In this document: positions 51,699-64,000 of the stretch, in pieces | Layout: each line of letters starts with the position of its first letter | Position numbering within the stretch: the stretch's first letter is position 1 | From: Eledone cirrhosa | Taxonomy: Eukaryota | Reading direction: 5' to 3' | Length of the DNA stretch: 64,000 nt | Assembly: GCA_964016885.1 (NCBI GenBank) | Contig: OZ024747.1 | Span: 52,824,001 to 52,888,000, forward strand | Program-made: the position numbers and the translations under genes | The notes under the pieces: generated by a model | Told to the model about the DNA's origin: nothing | Databases searched by the model: none | The model's input: the letters and a program-made list of their open reading frames with translations, nothing else

Positions 51699-51850
51699 TG
51701 TTTCTACTTTAGGCACAAGGCCAGCAATTACCCAGTGCATTACTGGTACTTTATTTTATCGACCCCGTAAGGATGAAAGGTAAAGTCAACCTCGGCGGGA
51801 TTTGAACTCAGATCGTAAAGGGACGTAACTCTATGCTGGAAAGCATAAGT
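51699..51850 (-). mobile_element. SINE family B, 5'-truncated, 22-bp TSD
   Basis: TAGATAAGTATATATAATTAAT at 51677-51698 and 51851-51872. Confidence 0.9.
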
Positions 51851-52642
51851 TAGATAAGTATATATAATTAATGATGTACATTCACACAGAATGATATATA
51901 TGTATAAGCGTGTATATATACATACATACATATATCTATATATACATACATCATCATCATCATCACAACCATCATCATCATCATCATCACAACCACCACC
52001 ACCACCACCACCACCACAGCCCTCACCATAACCTCCTCCCCCCCACTACCCCATCACCATCATCATCATCATCATCATCACAACCATCACTGCCACCCCA
52101 CAACTCTCACCATCATCATCATCATCACAACCATCACCACCACAACCATCACCATCATCATCATCATCATCATCATCATCACAACCATCACTACCAACTA
52201 TAACTCTCACCATCATCATTATCACAACCATAACCTCCCCCACCCCACCCCCACCCCACAGCCATCACCACCATCATCATCATCATCACCACAACCATTG
52301 TTATAATCTCACTCTATTTATTGCACTGAGAAGTTATGGGATAGAGACAGTTGACATAAGCAGAGGCATGACATAGGGACACATACATACACAACATACA
52401 CACACTCACACATACACACTCACACAAACACACAGCCACACACAAACACGCAGCCACACACAAACACACAGCCACACACAAACACACAGCCACACACAAA
52501 CACACAGCCACACACAAACACAGAACCACACACACACTCACACATATACACACATCACAGACACATGCTCACGCACACACAAACACACACTCACACACAC
52601 AAATACATAAACTCATAAATGCAAATACACACATAAACCCAG

Positions 52643-52675
<33 letters not shown>

Positions 52676-52730
52676 CATATATTATTACACAAATATGACC
52701 CTCCCCAAGTATAACAATATATACATATAT

Positions 52731-53140
52731 AGCCTTACCTAAGTACAAAGCGAAACCTACTACAGTCAGTAGGCACCTCTAACAAAAATACACCCCCGTC
52801 CCACTACCCCCACCCCATCCACACCACCCCTTTCAATGTAAAGTTATGTCGGTACCACAACATCCAGTCTGAAACAAATGAGATCGTGTAGGTGTCACGA
52901 CAAAAAATCACACAGTCCACGCTGTAATGTGGCCGTGTAGGTAACACTGTAAAAACCTCCCAGTCCACACTATAAACGTGGTTAGTGTTAGGAAGGGCAT
53001 CCAGCCATAGAAAACCCGCCAGACAGTCCTATGCGACCAAGACAACCACTCTTGCCTCAAGTGGGAAAATTCCCGTCCAAACCCATGCAAGCGTGGAAGA
53101 TGGACGTTAAACGATGATGATGATGATGATGATGATGATG

Positions 53141-53141
<1 letters not shown>
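52731..53141 (+). mobile_element. LINE 3' UTR copy truncated next to the ORF stop codon, inside (TA)n
   Basis: Colinear with 28743-29123. Confidence 0.9.
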
Positions 53142-53187
<46 letters not shown>

Positions 53188-54311
53188 CAAGTGGAAGCTT
53201 AGTAAAATCGAAGCTTTGGTTGTGGCCAAGCAAAGTCAACCTACAATAAGGAATGAGTAGCAAAGCACTCAATAAGGGTAGGTCTTTAGAGTAATAACAC
53301 GTTTAAATAACTTGACAAATATATATATATATATATATAATATGGGCTACAATCCACTCAGATATTGGTGAACCCTTGCTACAGTAGAAGACACCCAAGG
53401 TACAACACAGTGAAACCTGTACCCAAACCCCAGGGTAAACACTTTATTTCACATAATTATCTCACTAAATATCGAATCTACGAGAGTTTTATATTATTTA
53501 TTTTGAGAACAATACCTTAACATCAATATGAGTGGCTGATTACAGCCGATTTGAACAGAAAGAGGTGAGAGAATTCTGGTCGGATATGGTTGGCTTAGAT
53601 GCTAAAGGGTTAACCACAAATCCATACCTTCACCCTACATCTAGTTTACCTGTAATATTTTTAAATTATTAAAATGTCATTAAAAGGTCAATTTACATTT
53701 CTTGACTAATTCTAATTAAATTTTCACAATATATATATATAATTATATTTCCCCAAATATTCAACAAAGTTTTCTCTAATGCAGCCTTATCAAATTATAT
53801 TTAATTCACTATGGCTTTTGAATATAGAATTATTCCTTACTTCATTACACTTAATTAATGAGGCCTTTAACCCTCTTGTGGCCACATTTCTAATGTAAGA
53901 AAGACACTGTAGGTCATTTGCAAATAATTTTGAAAATTATCCAGGATTTAGAATGATTTAGTAATATTGTCATGGCTAATTTGCAGACCTGTTCCCAGAG
54001 TTTGGTGATCGGGGAAAGGGATGGGGGTTTCTGAATATTCCAAGTAGGTACTCTAATTTGGAATAACTCTCAAACAGAATTTCAGAATATAATTGACAAA
54101 TATAATTGACATATCAATAAAGCTTTTTCTAAATCTGGGAGCTCAGCATTGAAAAGTAGAAGTACCCAATCAGTACCCTCTCCTCTTCCTGTCACCTTTT
54201 TAGTAACTGGTTCAATAAGTTGGTGTCGGAAACAAACATAATTTACCAATTAGAAACAGGGGTAGTTTCAAGTAGTTTCATGCTATTTCAGGAGGATTCA
54301 GTAATTTGACA

Positions 54312-54538
54312 TCAACCCTTTAGCATTTAAACTGGCCATAACCGGCCAGAATTCTCTCACTTCTTTCTGTTCAAACTGGTCGTAACTGGCCACTCATACA
54401 GATGTTAAAGTATTGTTCTCAAAATGAATAATATTAAAACCTCATAGATTCGATATTATATGAGATGATTATGTGAAGTAAACCCTTTACTGTGAAAATA
54501 TAATAGTATATAGAGTAATGTAAATGTTAAAGGGTTAA
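54312..54538. mobile_element. piggyBac-like MITE (partial inverted copy at 53448-53613)
   Basis: TCAA-CCCTTTAGCATTTA ... TAAATGTTAAAGGG-TTAA. Confidence 0.8.
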
Positions 54539-54989
54539 ATGAGTAAAACATTCTAATGCAGTTTCACGATATATATAATTATATTTTTCTATATAGCTAA
54601 TAACATTTTACCTCATGTGATCTTATTAAATTAATTTAATTCAATATGGCCTTTAAATATAGAACTGTTGCCTCATTATACATAATCTAATGTGTCCTTT
54701 AACCTTTTTGGTACCAACCTAACCAAAACCAGCACTCATTCAGTGAAACCAAACCATTCATTTTAAAGGGCACCTATATAAATTAAAAATCTTCTGATAC
54801 AATTTATACAAGAACAATATGTTACTATTTTTGTATTGAAATAATAAAGAAATTCCAATAAATCAATCAAATGATTCCATTAATCAATTGAAATGTAGTT
54901 TATTAGAAATACAGCTACAAAAAGCTTTTATTGCAATTGTTGTTGTTAGATCTTTATTATTGTTTAAAACAGGTATTATTTTTTTAAAA

Positions 54990-55455
54990 TTAAATATTTT
55001 CCCTCTGTCCCTTGTCCTAGTTAAATATTGACCCCCTGTCCAGGGCCATCTTAAAGCATGGGCACGCTGGGCAGTTGCCCGGGGGTCCCACGAAGATAGG
55101 CGGCCCATTTGTATTTTTATTCCTGTGAGTGGTTGTGTAGGTAGGGGCCCTAGTGCTCTGCTTTGCCCAGGGGCCTATAATGCTGTTAAGATGGCCCTGC
55201 CCCTGTCTCCTGTCCTAGTTAAATATTGGTCCCCTGTCCCCTGTCCTAGTTAAATATTTATCCCCTGTCCCCTGTCCTAGTAAAATACTGGTCCCCTGCC
55301 CCCTGTCCTAGTTAAATATTTATCCCCTGGCCTAGTTAAATACTGATTCACTTTCTCTTGTCCTAGTTAAATATTGGTCGCTGTCCCCTGTCCTAGTTAG
55401 ATACTGGTCCTCTGTCCCCTGCCCTAATTAAATATTGGTCCCCTGTCCCCTGTCC
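54990..55455. repeat. About 31-bp minisatellite interrupted by a MITE
   Basis: CCTGTCCTAGTTAAATATTGGTCCCCTGTCC repeated. Confidence 0.9.
55041..55199. mobile_element. hAT-like MITE, 159 bp
   Basis: Perfect 14-bp TIR CAGGGCCATCTTAA/TTAAGATGGCCCTG; 8-bp TSD CCCCTGTC (55033-55040 and 55200-55207). Confidence 0.88.
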
Positions 55456-55537
55456 CCCCTCATAGTTGTGATTACCTGTAAAAAAATGGGATCATGCTAT
55501 TCAAAAAGTAATTTAATTATTGCAGGTAACAGGGTAG

Positions 55538-58213
55538 CTCTCCCACCTATACCCTATCCAAATTATCTAGGTCTCCCACCTAGACCCTGTCCAGATTATC
55601 TAGGTCTCCTACCTACACCCTATTCAAATTATCTAGGTCTCCCACCTACACCCTATCCAAATTATCTAGGTCTCCCACCTACACCCTATCCAAATTATCT
55701 AGGTCTCCCACCTACACCCTATCCAAATTATCTAGGTCTCCCACCTACACACTGTCCAAATTATCTAGGTCTCCCACCTACACCCTATCAAAATTATCTC
55801 GGTCTCCTACCTACACCCTATCAAAATTATCTAGGTCTCCCACCTATACCCTATCCAAATTATCTAGGTCTTCTACCTACACCCTATCCAAATTATCTAG
55901 GTCTCCTACCTACACACTGTCCACATTATCTAGGTCTCCCACCTACACCCTATCCAAATTATCTAGGTCTCCCACCTACACCCTATCCAAATTATCTAGG
56001 TCTTCTACCTACACCCTATCCAAATTATCTAGGTCTTCTACCTACACCCTGTCCAAATTATCTAGGTCTTCTACCTACAACCTGTTCAAATTATCTAGGT
56101 CTCCCACCTACACCCTATCTAGATTATCTAGGTCTTCTACATACACCCTATCCAAATTATCTAGGTCTCCTACCTACACCCTATCAAAATTATCTCGGTC
56201 TTCTACCTACACCCTATCCAAATTATCTAGGTCTTCTACCTACACCCTGTCCAAATTATCTAGGTCTCCCACCTACACCCTGTCCAAATTATCTAGGTCT
56301 CCTACCTACACCATATCAAAATTATCTAGGTCTTCTACCTACAACCTGTTCAAATTATCTAGGTCGCCCACCTACACCCTATCCAAATTATCTAGGTCTT
56401 CTACCTACACCCTATCCAAATTATCCAGGTCTCCTACCCACACCCTGTCCAAATTATCTAGGTCTCCTACCTACACCCTATCAAAATTATCTAGGTCTCC
56501 TACCTACACCCTGTCCAAATTATCTAGGTCTCCTACCTACACCCTATCAAAATTATCTATGTCTCCTACCTACACCCTATCAAAATTATCTAGGTCTCCT
56601 ACCTACACACTGTCCAAATTATCTAGGTTTCCTACCTACACCCTATCAAAATTATCTAGGTCTCCCACCTACACCCTATCCAAATTATCTAGGTCTCCTA
56701 CCTACACACTGTCCAAATTATCTAGGTCTCCTACCTACACCCTATCAAAATTATCTAGGTCTCCCACCTACACCCTATCAAAATTATCTAGGTCTCCCAC
56801 CTACACCCTATCCAAATTATCTAGGTCTCCTACCTACACCCTATCCAAATTATCTAGGTCTCCCACCTACACCCTATCCAAATTATCTAGGTCTCCTACC
56901 TACACCCTATCAAAATTATCTAGGTCTCCTACCTACACCCTGTCCAAATTATCTAGGTCTCCTACCTACACCCTATCAAAATTATCTATGTCTCCTACCT
57001 ACACCCTATCAAAATTATCTAGGTCTCCTACCTACACACTGTCCAAATTATCTAGGTTTCCTACCTACACCCTATCAAAATCATCTAGGTCTCCCACCTA
57101 CACCCTATCCAAATTATCTAGGTCTCCTACCTACACACTGTCCAAATTATCTAGGTCTCCTACCTACACCCTATCAAAATTATCTAGGTCTCCCACCTAC
57201 ACCCTATCAAAATTATCTAGGTCTCCCACCTACACCCTATCCAAATTATCTAGGTCTCCTACCTACACCCTATCCAAATTATCTAGGTCTCCCACCTACA
57301 CCCTATCCAAATTATCTAGGTCTCCTACCTACACCCTATCTAAATTATCTAGGTCTCCTACCTACACACTGTCCAAATTATCTAGGTCTCCTACCTACAC
57401 CCTATCCAAATTATCTAGGTTTCCTACCTACACCCTATCAAAATTATCTAGGTCTCCCACCTACACCCTATCCAAATTATCTAGGTCTCCTACCTACACA
57501 CTGTCCAAATTATCTAGGTCTCCTACCTACACCCTATCAAAATTATCTAGGTCTCCCACCTACACCCTATCAAAATTATCTAGGTCTCCCACCTACACCC
57601 TATCCAAATTATCTAGGTCTCCTACCTACACCCTATCAAAATTATCTAGGTCTCCCACCTACACCCTATCAAAATTATCTAGGTCTCCTACCTACACCCT
57701 ATCAAAATTATCTAGGTCTCCCACCTACACCCTATCCAAATTATCTAGGTCTCCTACCTACACCCTATCCAAATTATCTAGGTCTCCTACCTACACACTG
57801 TCCAAATTATCTAGGTCTCCTACCTACACCCTATCAAAATTATCTAGGTCTCCCACCTACACCCTATCAAAATTATCTAGGTCTCCCACCTACACCCTAT
57901 CAAAATTATCTAGGTCTCCTACCTACACCCTATCAAAATTATCTAGGTCTCCCACCTACACCCTATCAAAATTATCTAGGTCTCCCACCTACACCCTATC
58001 CAAATTATCTAGGTCTCCTACCTACACCCTATCCAAATTATCTAGGTCTCCTACCTACACCCTATCCAAATTATCTAGGTCTCCTACCTACACACTGTCC
58101 AAATTATCTAGGTCTCCTACCTACACCCTATCAAAATTATCTAGGTCTCCCACCTACACCCTATCCAAATTATCTAGGTCTCCTACCTATACCCTGTCCA
58201 AATTATTTAGGTC
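55538..58213. repeat. 33-bp minisatellite, about 81 copies, no indels seen
   Basis: Unit AATTATCTAGGTCTCC(C/T)ACCTACACCCTATC(C/A)A. Confidence 0.97.
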
Positions 58214-58359
58214 AATGAGGAATTAAACAAAGGTCAAAGTTTATCTGGAATTTTGTTAAAAGATTTCAACTATTGTTACTATAGCAACCTAGATATGACA
58301 GTTGTTTTAATTAATATATCTTTCAATTTTCTACCTACATACCTACATACCTATTTATT

Positions 58360-58580
58360 AAAATAACAGATTAAAGTTTAAGGAATGAATCGCTGCTTTC
58401 ACTCTTAACGGGATCTTCAGAAGATCCCGTTAAGGGTGAAAGCAGCGATTCTTTGCTTAAACTTTAATCTGTTATTTTTATAAATATTTGCTCTACGGTT
58501 TTATATATTTTATATATATATGTATTATCCTTATCGAGCCTTCTTCGAATTTTCGTCTTCACATTTGTTATTATTACTAT
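58360..58580. mobile_element. Fold-back element (59-bp arms 58360-58478 centred on 58419) with tail to (TA)n
   Basis: GGGATCTTC-A-GAAGATCCC centre; minus strand reads CTGAAGA-TCCCGTTAAGAGT-GAAA; ATCGAGCC in the tail. Confidence 0.85.
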
Positions 58581-58976
58581 ATATATATATATATACATAT
58601 ATATACGCACCCACATATGATATATACACAATGATATATACACATACACATATATACACAGATATTTATATATCTCTCTCTCTATACACATATATACCCA
58701 CACAATGATATATACACATACACATATATACACACACATACATATATACACACCCTCATATACATACACACAAATACTCATGCATATATACTCAATCACA
58801 TATACAAACATATACATACACTCTGAATCACATTCACATGCACATAATATAAGGTTGAGATTTAATCAAGAACTCTTTTAAAAAGCTTTTATCATAGAAA
58901 CAGGCAATGAATTAACAGAGTCATTAGAAGGTCAGATAGAATGTTTTGCAGTATTTGTTCTGCTGAGGTCAACTTT

Positions 58977-61900
58977 GTCGGGACTGTAGATGTCGGGACT
59001 GTAGATGTCGGGACTGTAGATGTCGGGACACTGTAGATGTCGGGACTGTAGATGTCGGGACACTGTAGATGTCGATGTCGGGACAGTAGATGTCGGGACA
59101 CTGTAGATGTCGGGACACTGTAGATGTCGGGACTGTAGATGTCGGGACTGTAGATGTCGGGACAGTAGATGTCGGGACTGTAGATGTCGGGACTGTAGAT
59201 GTCGGGACACTGTAGATGTAGGGACTTTAGATGTCGGGACTGTAGATGTCGGGACTGTAGATGTCGGGACAGTAGATGTCGGGACACTGTAGATGTCGGG
59301 ACACTGTAGATGTCGGGACTGTAGATGTCGGGACTGTAGATGTCGGGACAGTAGATGTCGGGACACTGTAGATGTCGGGACTTTAGATGTCGGGACTGTA
59401 GATGTCGGGACACTGTAGATGTCGGGACTGTAGATGTCGGGACTGTAGATGTCGGGACTGTAGATGTCGGGACAGTAGATGTCGGGACAGTAGATGTCGG
59501 GACTGTAGATGTCGGGACTGTAGATGTCGGGACTGTAGATGTCGGGACTGTAGATGTCGGGACTGTAGATGTAGGGACAGTAGATGTCGGGACTGTAGAT
59601 GTCGGGACTGTAGATGTCGGGACTGTAGATGTCGGGACAGTAGATGTCGGGACTGTAGATGTCGGGACTGTAGATGTCGGGACTGTAGATGTCGGGACTG
59701 TAGATGTAGGGACAGTAGATGTCGGGACACTGTAGATGTCGGGACTGTAGATGTCGGGACTGTAGATGTAGGGACTCTCTAGATGTAGGGACTGTAGATG
59801 TCGGGACACTGTAGATGTCGGGACTGTAGATGTCGGGACTGTAGATGTCGGGACTGTAGATGTCGGGACTGTAGATGTCGGGACTGTAGATGTCGGGACA
59901 CTGTAGATGTCGGGACTGTAGATGTCGGGACTGTAGATGTCGGGACTGTAGATGTCGGGACTGTAGATGTCGGGACAGTAGATGTCGGGACTGTAGATGT
60001 CGGGACTGTAGATGTCGGGACTGTAGATGTAGGGACAGTAGATGTCGGGACTGTAGATGTCGGGACAGTAGATGTCGGGACTGTAGATGGCAGGACTGTA
60101 GATGTCGGGACTCTAGATGTAGGGACTGTAGATGTTGGGGCACTGTAGATGTAGGGACAGTAGATGTCGGGACTGTAGATGTCGGGACTGTAGATGTCGG
60201 GACACTGTAGATGTAGGGACTGTAGATGTCGGGACTGTAGATGTCGGGACAGTAGATGTAGGGACTGTAGATGTCGGGGCACTGTAGATGTAGGGACAGT
60301 AGATGTCGGGACACTGTAGATGTCGAGACTGTAGATGTCGGGACACAATAGATGTAGGGACAGTAGATGTCGGGACAGTAGATGTCGGGACTGTAGATGT
60401 AGGGACTGTAGATGTCGGGACTGTAGATGTCGGGACAGTAGATGTCGGGACTGTAGATGTCGAGACTGTAGATGTCGGGGCACTGTAGATGTAGGGACAG
60501 TAGATGTCGGGACACTGTAGATGTCGGGACTGTAGATGTCGGGACACTGTAGATGTAGGGACAGTAGATGTCGGGACAGTAGATGTCGGGACTGTAGATG
60601 TAGGGACTGTAGATGTCGGGACTGTAGATGTCGGGACAGTAGATGTCGGGACTGTAGATGTCGAGACTGTAGATGTCGGGACTGTAGATGTCGGGACAGT
60701 AGATGTAGGGACAGTAGATGTCGGGACAGTAGATGTCGGCAGAGTAGATGTCGAGACTGTAGATGTCGGGACTGTAGATGTCGGGACAGTAGATGTAAGG
60801 ACAGTAGATGTCGGGACAGTAGATGTCGGCAGAGTAGATGTCGGGACTGTAGATGTCGGGACAGTAGATGTAGGGACTGTAGATGTCAGGACTGTAGATG
60901 TAGGGACTGTAGATGTCGGGACTGTAGATGTCGGGACAGTAGATGTAGGGACAGTAGATGTCGGGACAGTAGATGTCGGCAGAGTAGATGTCGAGACTGT
61001 AGATGTCGGGACTGTAGATGTCGGGACAGTAGATGTAGGGACTGTAGATGTCGGGACTGTAGATGTAGGGACTGTAGATGTCGGGACTGTAGATGTCGGG
61101 ACTGTAGATGTCGGGACTCTCTAGATGTAGGGACTGTAGATGTCGGGACACCGTAGATGTCGGGACTGTAGATGTCGGGACTCTAGATGTAGGGACAGTA
61201 GATGTCGGGACACTGTAGATGTCGGGACTGTAGATGTCGGGACAGTAGATGTCGGGACAGTAGATGTCGGGACTGTAGATGTCGGGACAGTAGATGTCGG
61301 GACTGTAGATGTCGGGACAGTAGATGTCGGGACTGTAGATGTCGGGACTGTAGATGTCGGGACTCTAGATGTCGGGACTGTAGATGTCGGGACAGTAGAT
61401 GTCGGGACTGTAGATGTCGGGACAGTAGATGTCGGGACTGTAGATGTCGGGACAGTAGATGTCGGGACTGTAGATGTCGGGACAGTAGATGTCGGGACTG
61501 TAGATGGCAGGACTGTAGATGTCGGGACACTGTAGATGTCGGGACTGTAGATGTCGGGACTGTAGATGTCGGGACTGTAGATGTCGGGACTGTAGATGTC
61601 GGGACTGTAAATGTCGGGACTGTAGATGTCGGGACTGTAGATGTCGGGTCTCTCTAGATGTAGGGACTGTAGATGTAGGGACTGGAGATGTCGGGACTGT
61701 AGATGTCGGGACTGTAGATGTCGGGACTGTAAATGTCGGGACTGTAGATGTCGGGACTGTAGATGTCGGGACACTGTAGATGTCGGGACTGTAGATGTCG
61801 GGACTGTAGATGTCGGGACTGTAAATGTCGGGACTGTAGATGTCGGGACTGTAGATGTAGGGACTGTAGATGTCGGGACTGTAGATGTCGGGACTCTCTA

Positions 61901-63725
61901 GATGTAGGGACTGTAGATGTCGGGACACTGTAGATGTCGGGACTGTAGATGTAGGGACTGTAGATGTCGGGACTGTAGATGTCGGGACTGTAGATGTCGG
62001 GACTGTAGATGTCGGGACTCTCTAGATGTAGGGACTGTAGATGTAGGGACTGTAGATGTCGGGACTCTAGATGTAGGGACAGTAGATGTCGGGACACTGT
62101 AGATGTCGGGACTGTAGATGTCGGGACTGTAGATGTCGGGACTGTAGATGTAGGGACTGTAGATGTCGGGACACTGTAAATGTCGGGACTGTAGATGTCG
62201 GGACTGTAGATGTCGGGACTGTAGATGTCGGGACTGTTTGATGTCGGGACTGTAGATGTAGGAACAGTAGATGTCGGGACAGTAGATGTCGGGACTGTAG
62301 ATGTAGGGACTGTAGATGTCGGGACTGTAGATGTCGGGACTGTAGATGTCGGGACTGTAAATGTCGGGACTGTAGATGTCGGGACTCTAGATGTCGGGAC
62401 TGTAGATGTCGGGACTGTAGATGTCGAGACTGTAGATGTCGGGACTGTAGATGTCGGGACAGTAGATGTCGGGACTCTAGATGTAGGGACTGTAGATGTC
62501 GGGACACTGTAAATGTCGGGACTGTAGATGTCGGGACTGTAGATGTAGGGACAGTAGATGTCGGGACAGTAGATGTCGGGACAGTAGATGTCGGGACTGT
62601 AGATGTCGGGACTATAGATGTCGGGACTGTAGATGTCGGGACTCTAGATGTCGGGACTGTAGATGTAGGGACTGTAGATGTCGGGACACTGTAGATGTCG
62701 GGACTGTAGATGTAGGGACTGTAGATGTCGGGACTCTAGATGTAGGGACAGTAGATGTCGGGACACTGTAGATGTCGGGACTGTAGATGTAGGGACTGTA
62801 GATGTCGGGACTGTAGATGTCGGGACTGTAGATGTCGGGACTGTAGATGTCGGGACTGTAGATGTCGGGACTCTCTAGATGTAGGGACTGTAGATGTAGG
62901 GACTGTAGATGTCGGGACTCTAGATGTAGGGACAGTAGATGTCGGGACACTGTAGATGTCGGGACTGTAGATGTCGGGACTGTAGATGTCGGGACTGTAG
63001 ATGTAGGGACTGTAGATGTCGGGACACTGTAAATGTCGGGACTGTAGATGTCGGGACTGTAGATGTCGGGACTGTAGATGTAGGGACAGTAGATGTCGGG
63101 ACAGTAGATGTCGGGACAGTAGATGTCGGGACTGTAGATGTCGGGACTATAGATGTCGGGACTGTAGATGTCGGGACTCTAGATGTCGGGACTGTAGATG
63201 TAGGGACTGTAGATGTCGGGACACTGTAGATGTCGGGACTGTAGATGTAGGGACTGTAGATGTCGGGACTCTAGATGTAGGGACAGTAGATGTCGGGACA
63301 CTGTAGATGTCGGGACTGTAGATGTCGGGACTGTAGATGTCGGGACTGTAGATGTCGAGACTGTAGATGTCGGGACTGTAGATGTCGGGACAGTAGATGT
63401 CGGGACTCTAGATGTAGGGACTGTAGATGTCGGGACTGTAGATGTCGGGACAGTAGATGTCGGGACTCTAGATGTAGGGACTGTAGATGTAGGGACAGTA
63501 GATGTCGGCACTGTAGATGTCGGGACTGTAGATGTCGGGACTCTAGATGTAGGGACAGTAGATGTCGGGACTGTCGATGTCGGGACTGTAGATGTAGGGA
63601 CAGTAGATGTCGGGACTCTAGATGTCGGGACTGTAGATGTCGGGACTGTAAATGTCGGGACTGTAGATGTCGGGACTGTAGATGTAGGGACTGTAGATGT
63701 CGGGACTGTAGATGGCGGGACACTG
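58977..63725. repeat. 15-bp CpG-containing minisatellite with 17-bp variants, about 310 copies
   Basis: Unit TGTAGATGTCGGGAC. Confidence 0.98.
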
Positions 63726-63861
63726 TTTAGAGGAGTGTAGATAACTTTTTGAAAAGTATTTCAATTTTTTATATTTATTTTATTTTATTTTATTTTATTA
63801 TATTTTATTTTATTTTATTTTATTGCATGGATAAATAAGTAGTATTAGTGAAAGAGAAGGA

Positions 63862-63934
<73 letters not shown>

Positions 63935-64000
63935 GGGGAGAGAGAGAGAGGCTAATAGAGATAGATAGAGATTGGGAGAGAGAGAGAGAGAGGCGAATAT

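Overview
AT-rich, very repeat-dense eukaryotic DNA. The SINE, LINE and microsatellite repertoire looks like a coleoid cephalopod such as Octopus (inferred from recalled repeat families, not a database hit). No intact protein-coding gene is evident. Almost all ORF-track entries are translations of micro- or minisatellites. The only real coding remnants are decayed retrotransposons: four RTE-like LINE fragments and one CRE-like restriction-endonuclease fragment. The window also holds tRNA-derived SINEs, piggyBac-, hAT- and mariner-like MITEs and about 10 minisatellite arrays. The main unexplained structure is a set of about 15-20 short (150-550 bp), non-coding elements sitting inside (TA)n tracts. 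They belong to several sequence-unrelated families but share an architecture: a long fold-back palindrome, a minimal type-I hammerhead ribozyme motif with a self-complementary stem III (core intact at 8318+, 8479-, 11741+, 16363-), and in most cases a decamer RTYGAGTRCT about 40-77 nt from the (TA)n junction. I read these as non-autonomous, microsatellite-targeting Penelope-like/retrozyme-like retroelements. Other candidates are an isolated hairpin cluster at 43455-43787 and a few weak host exons.
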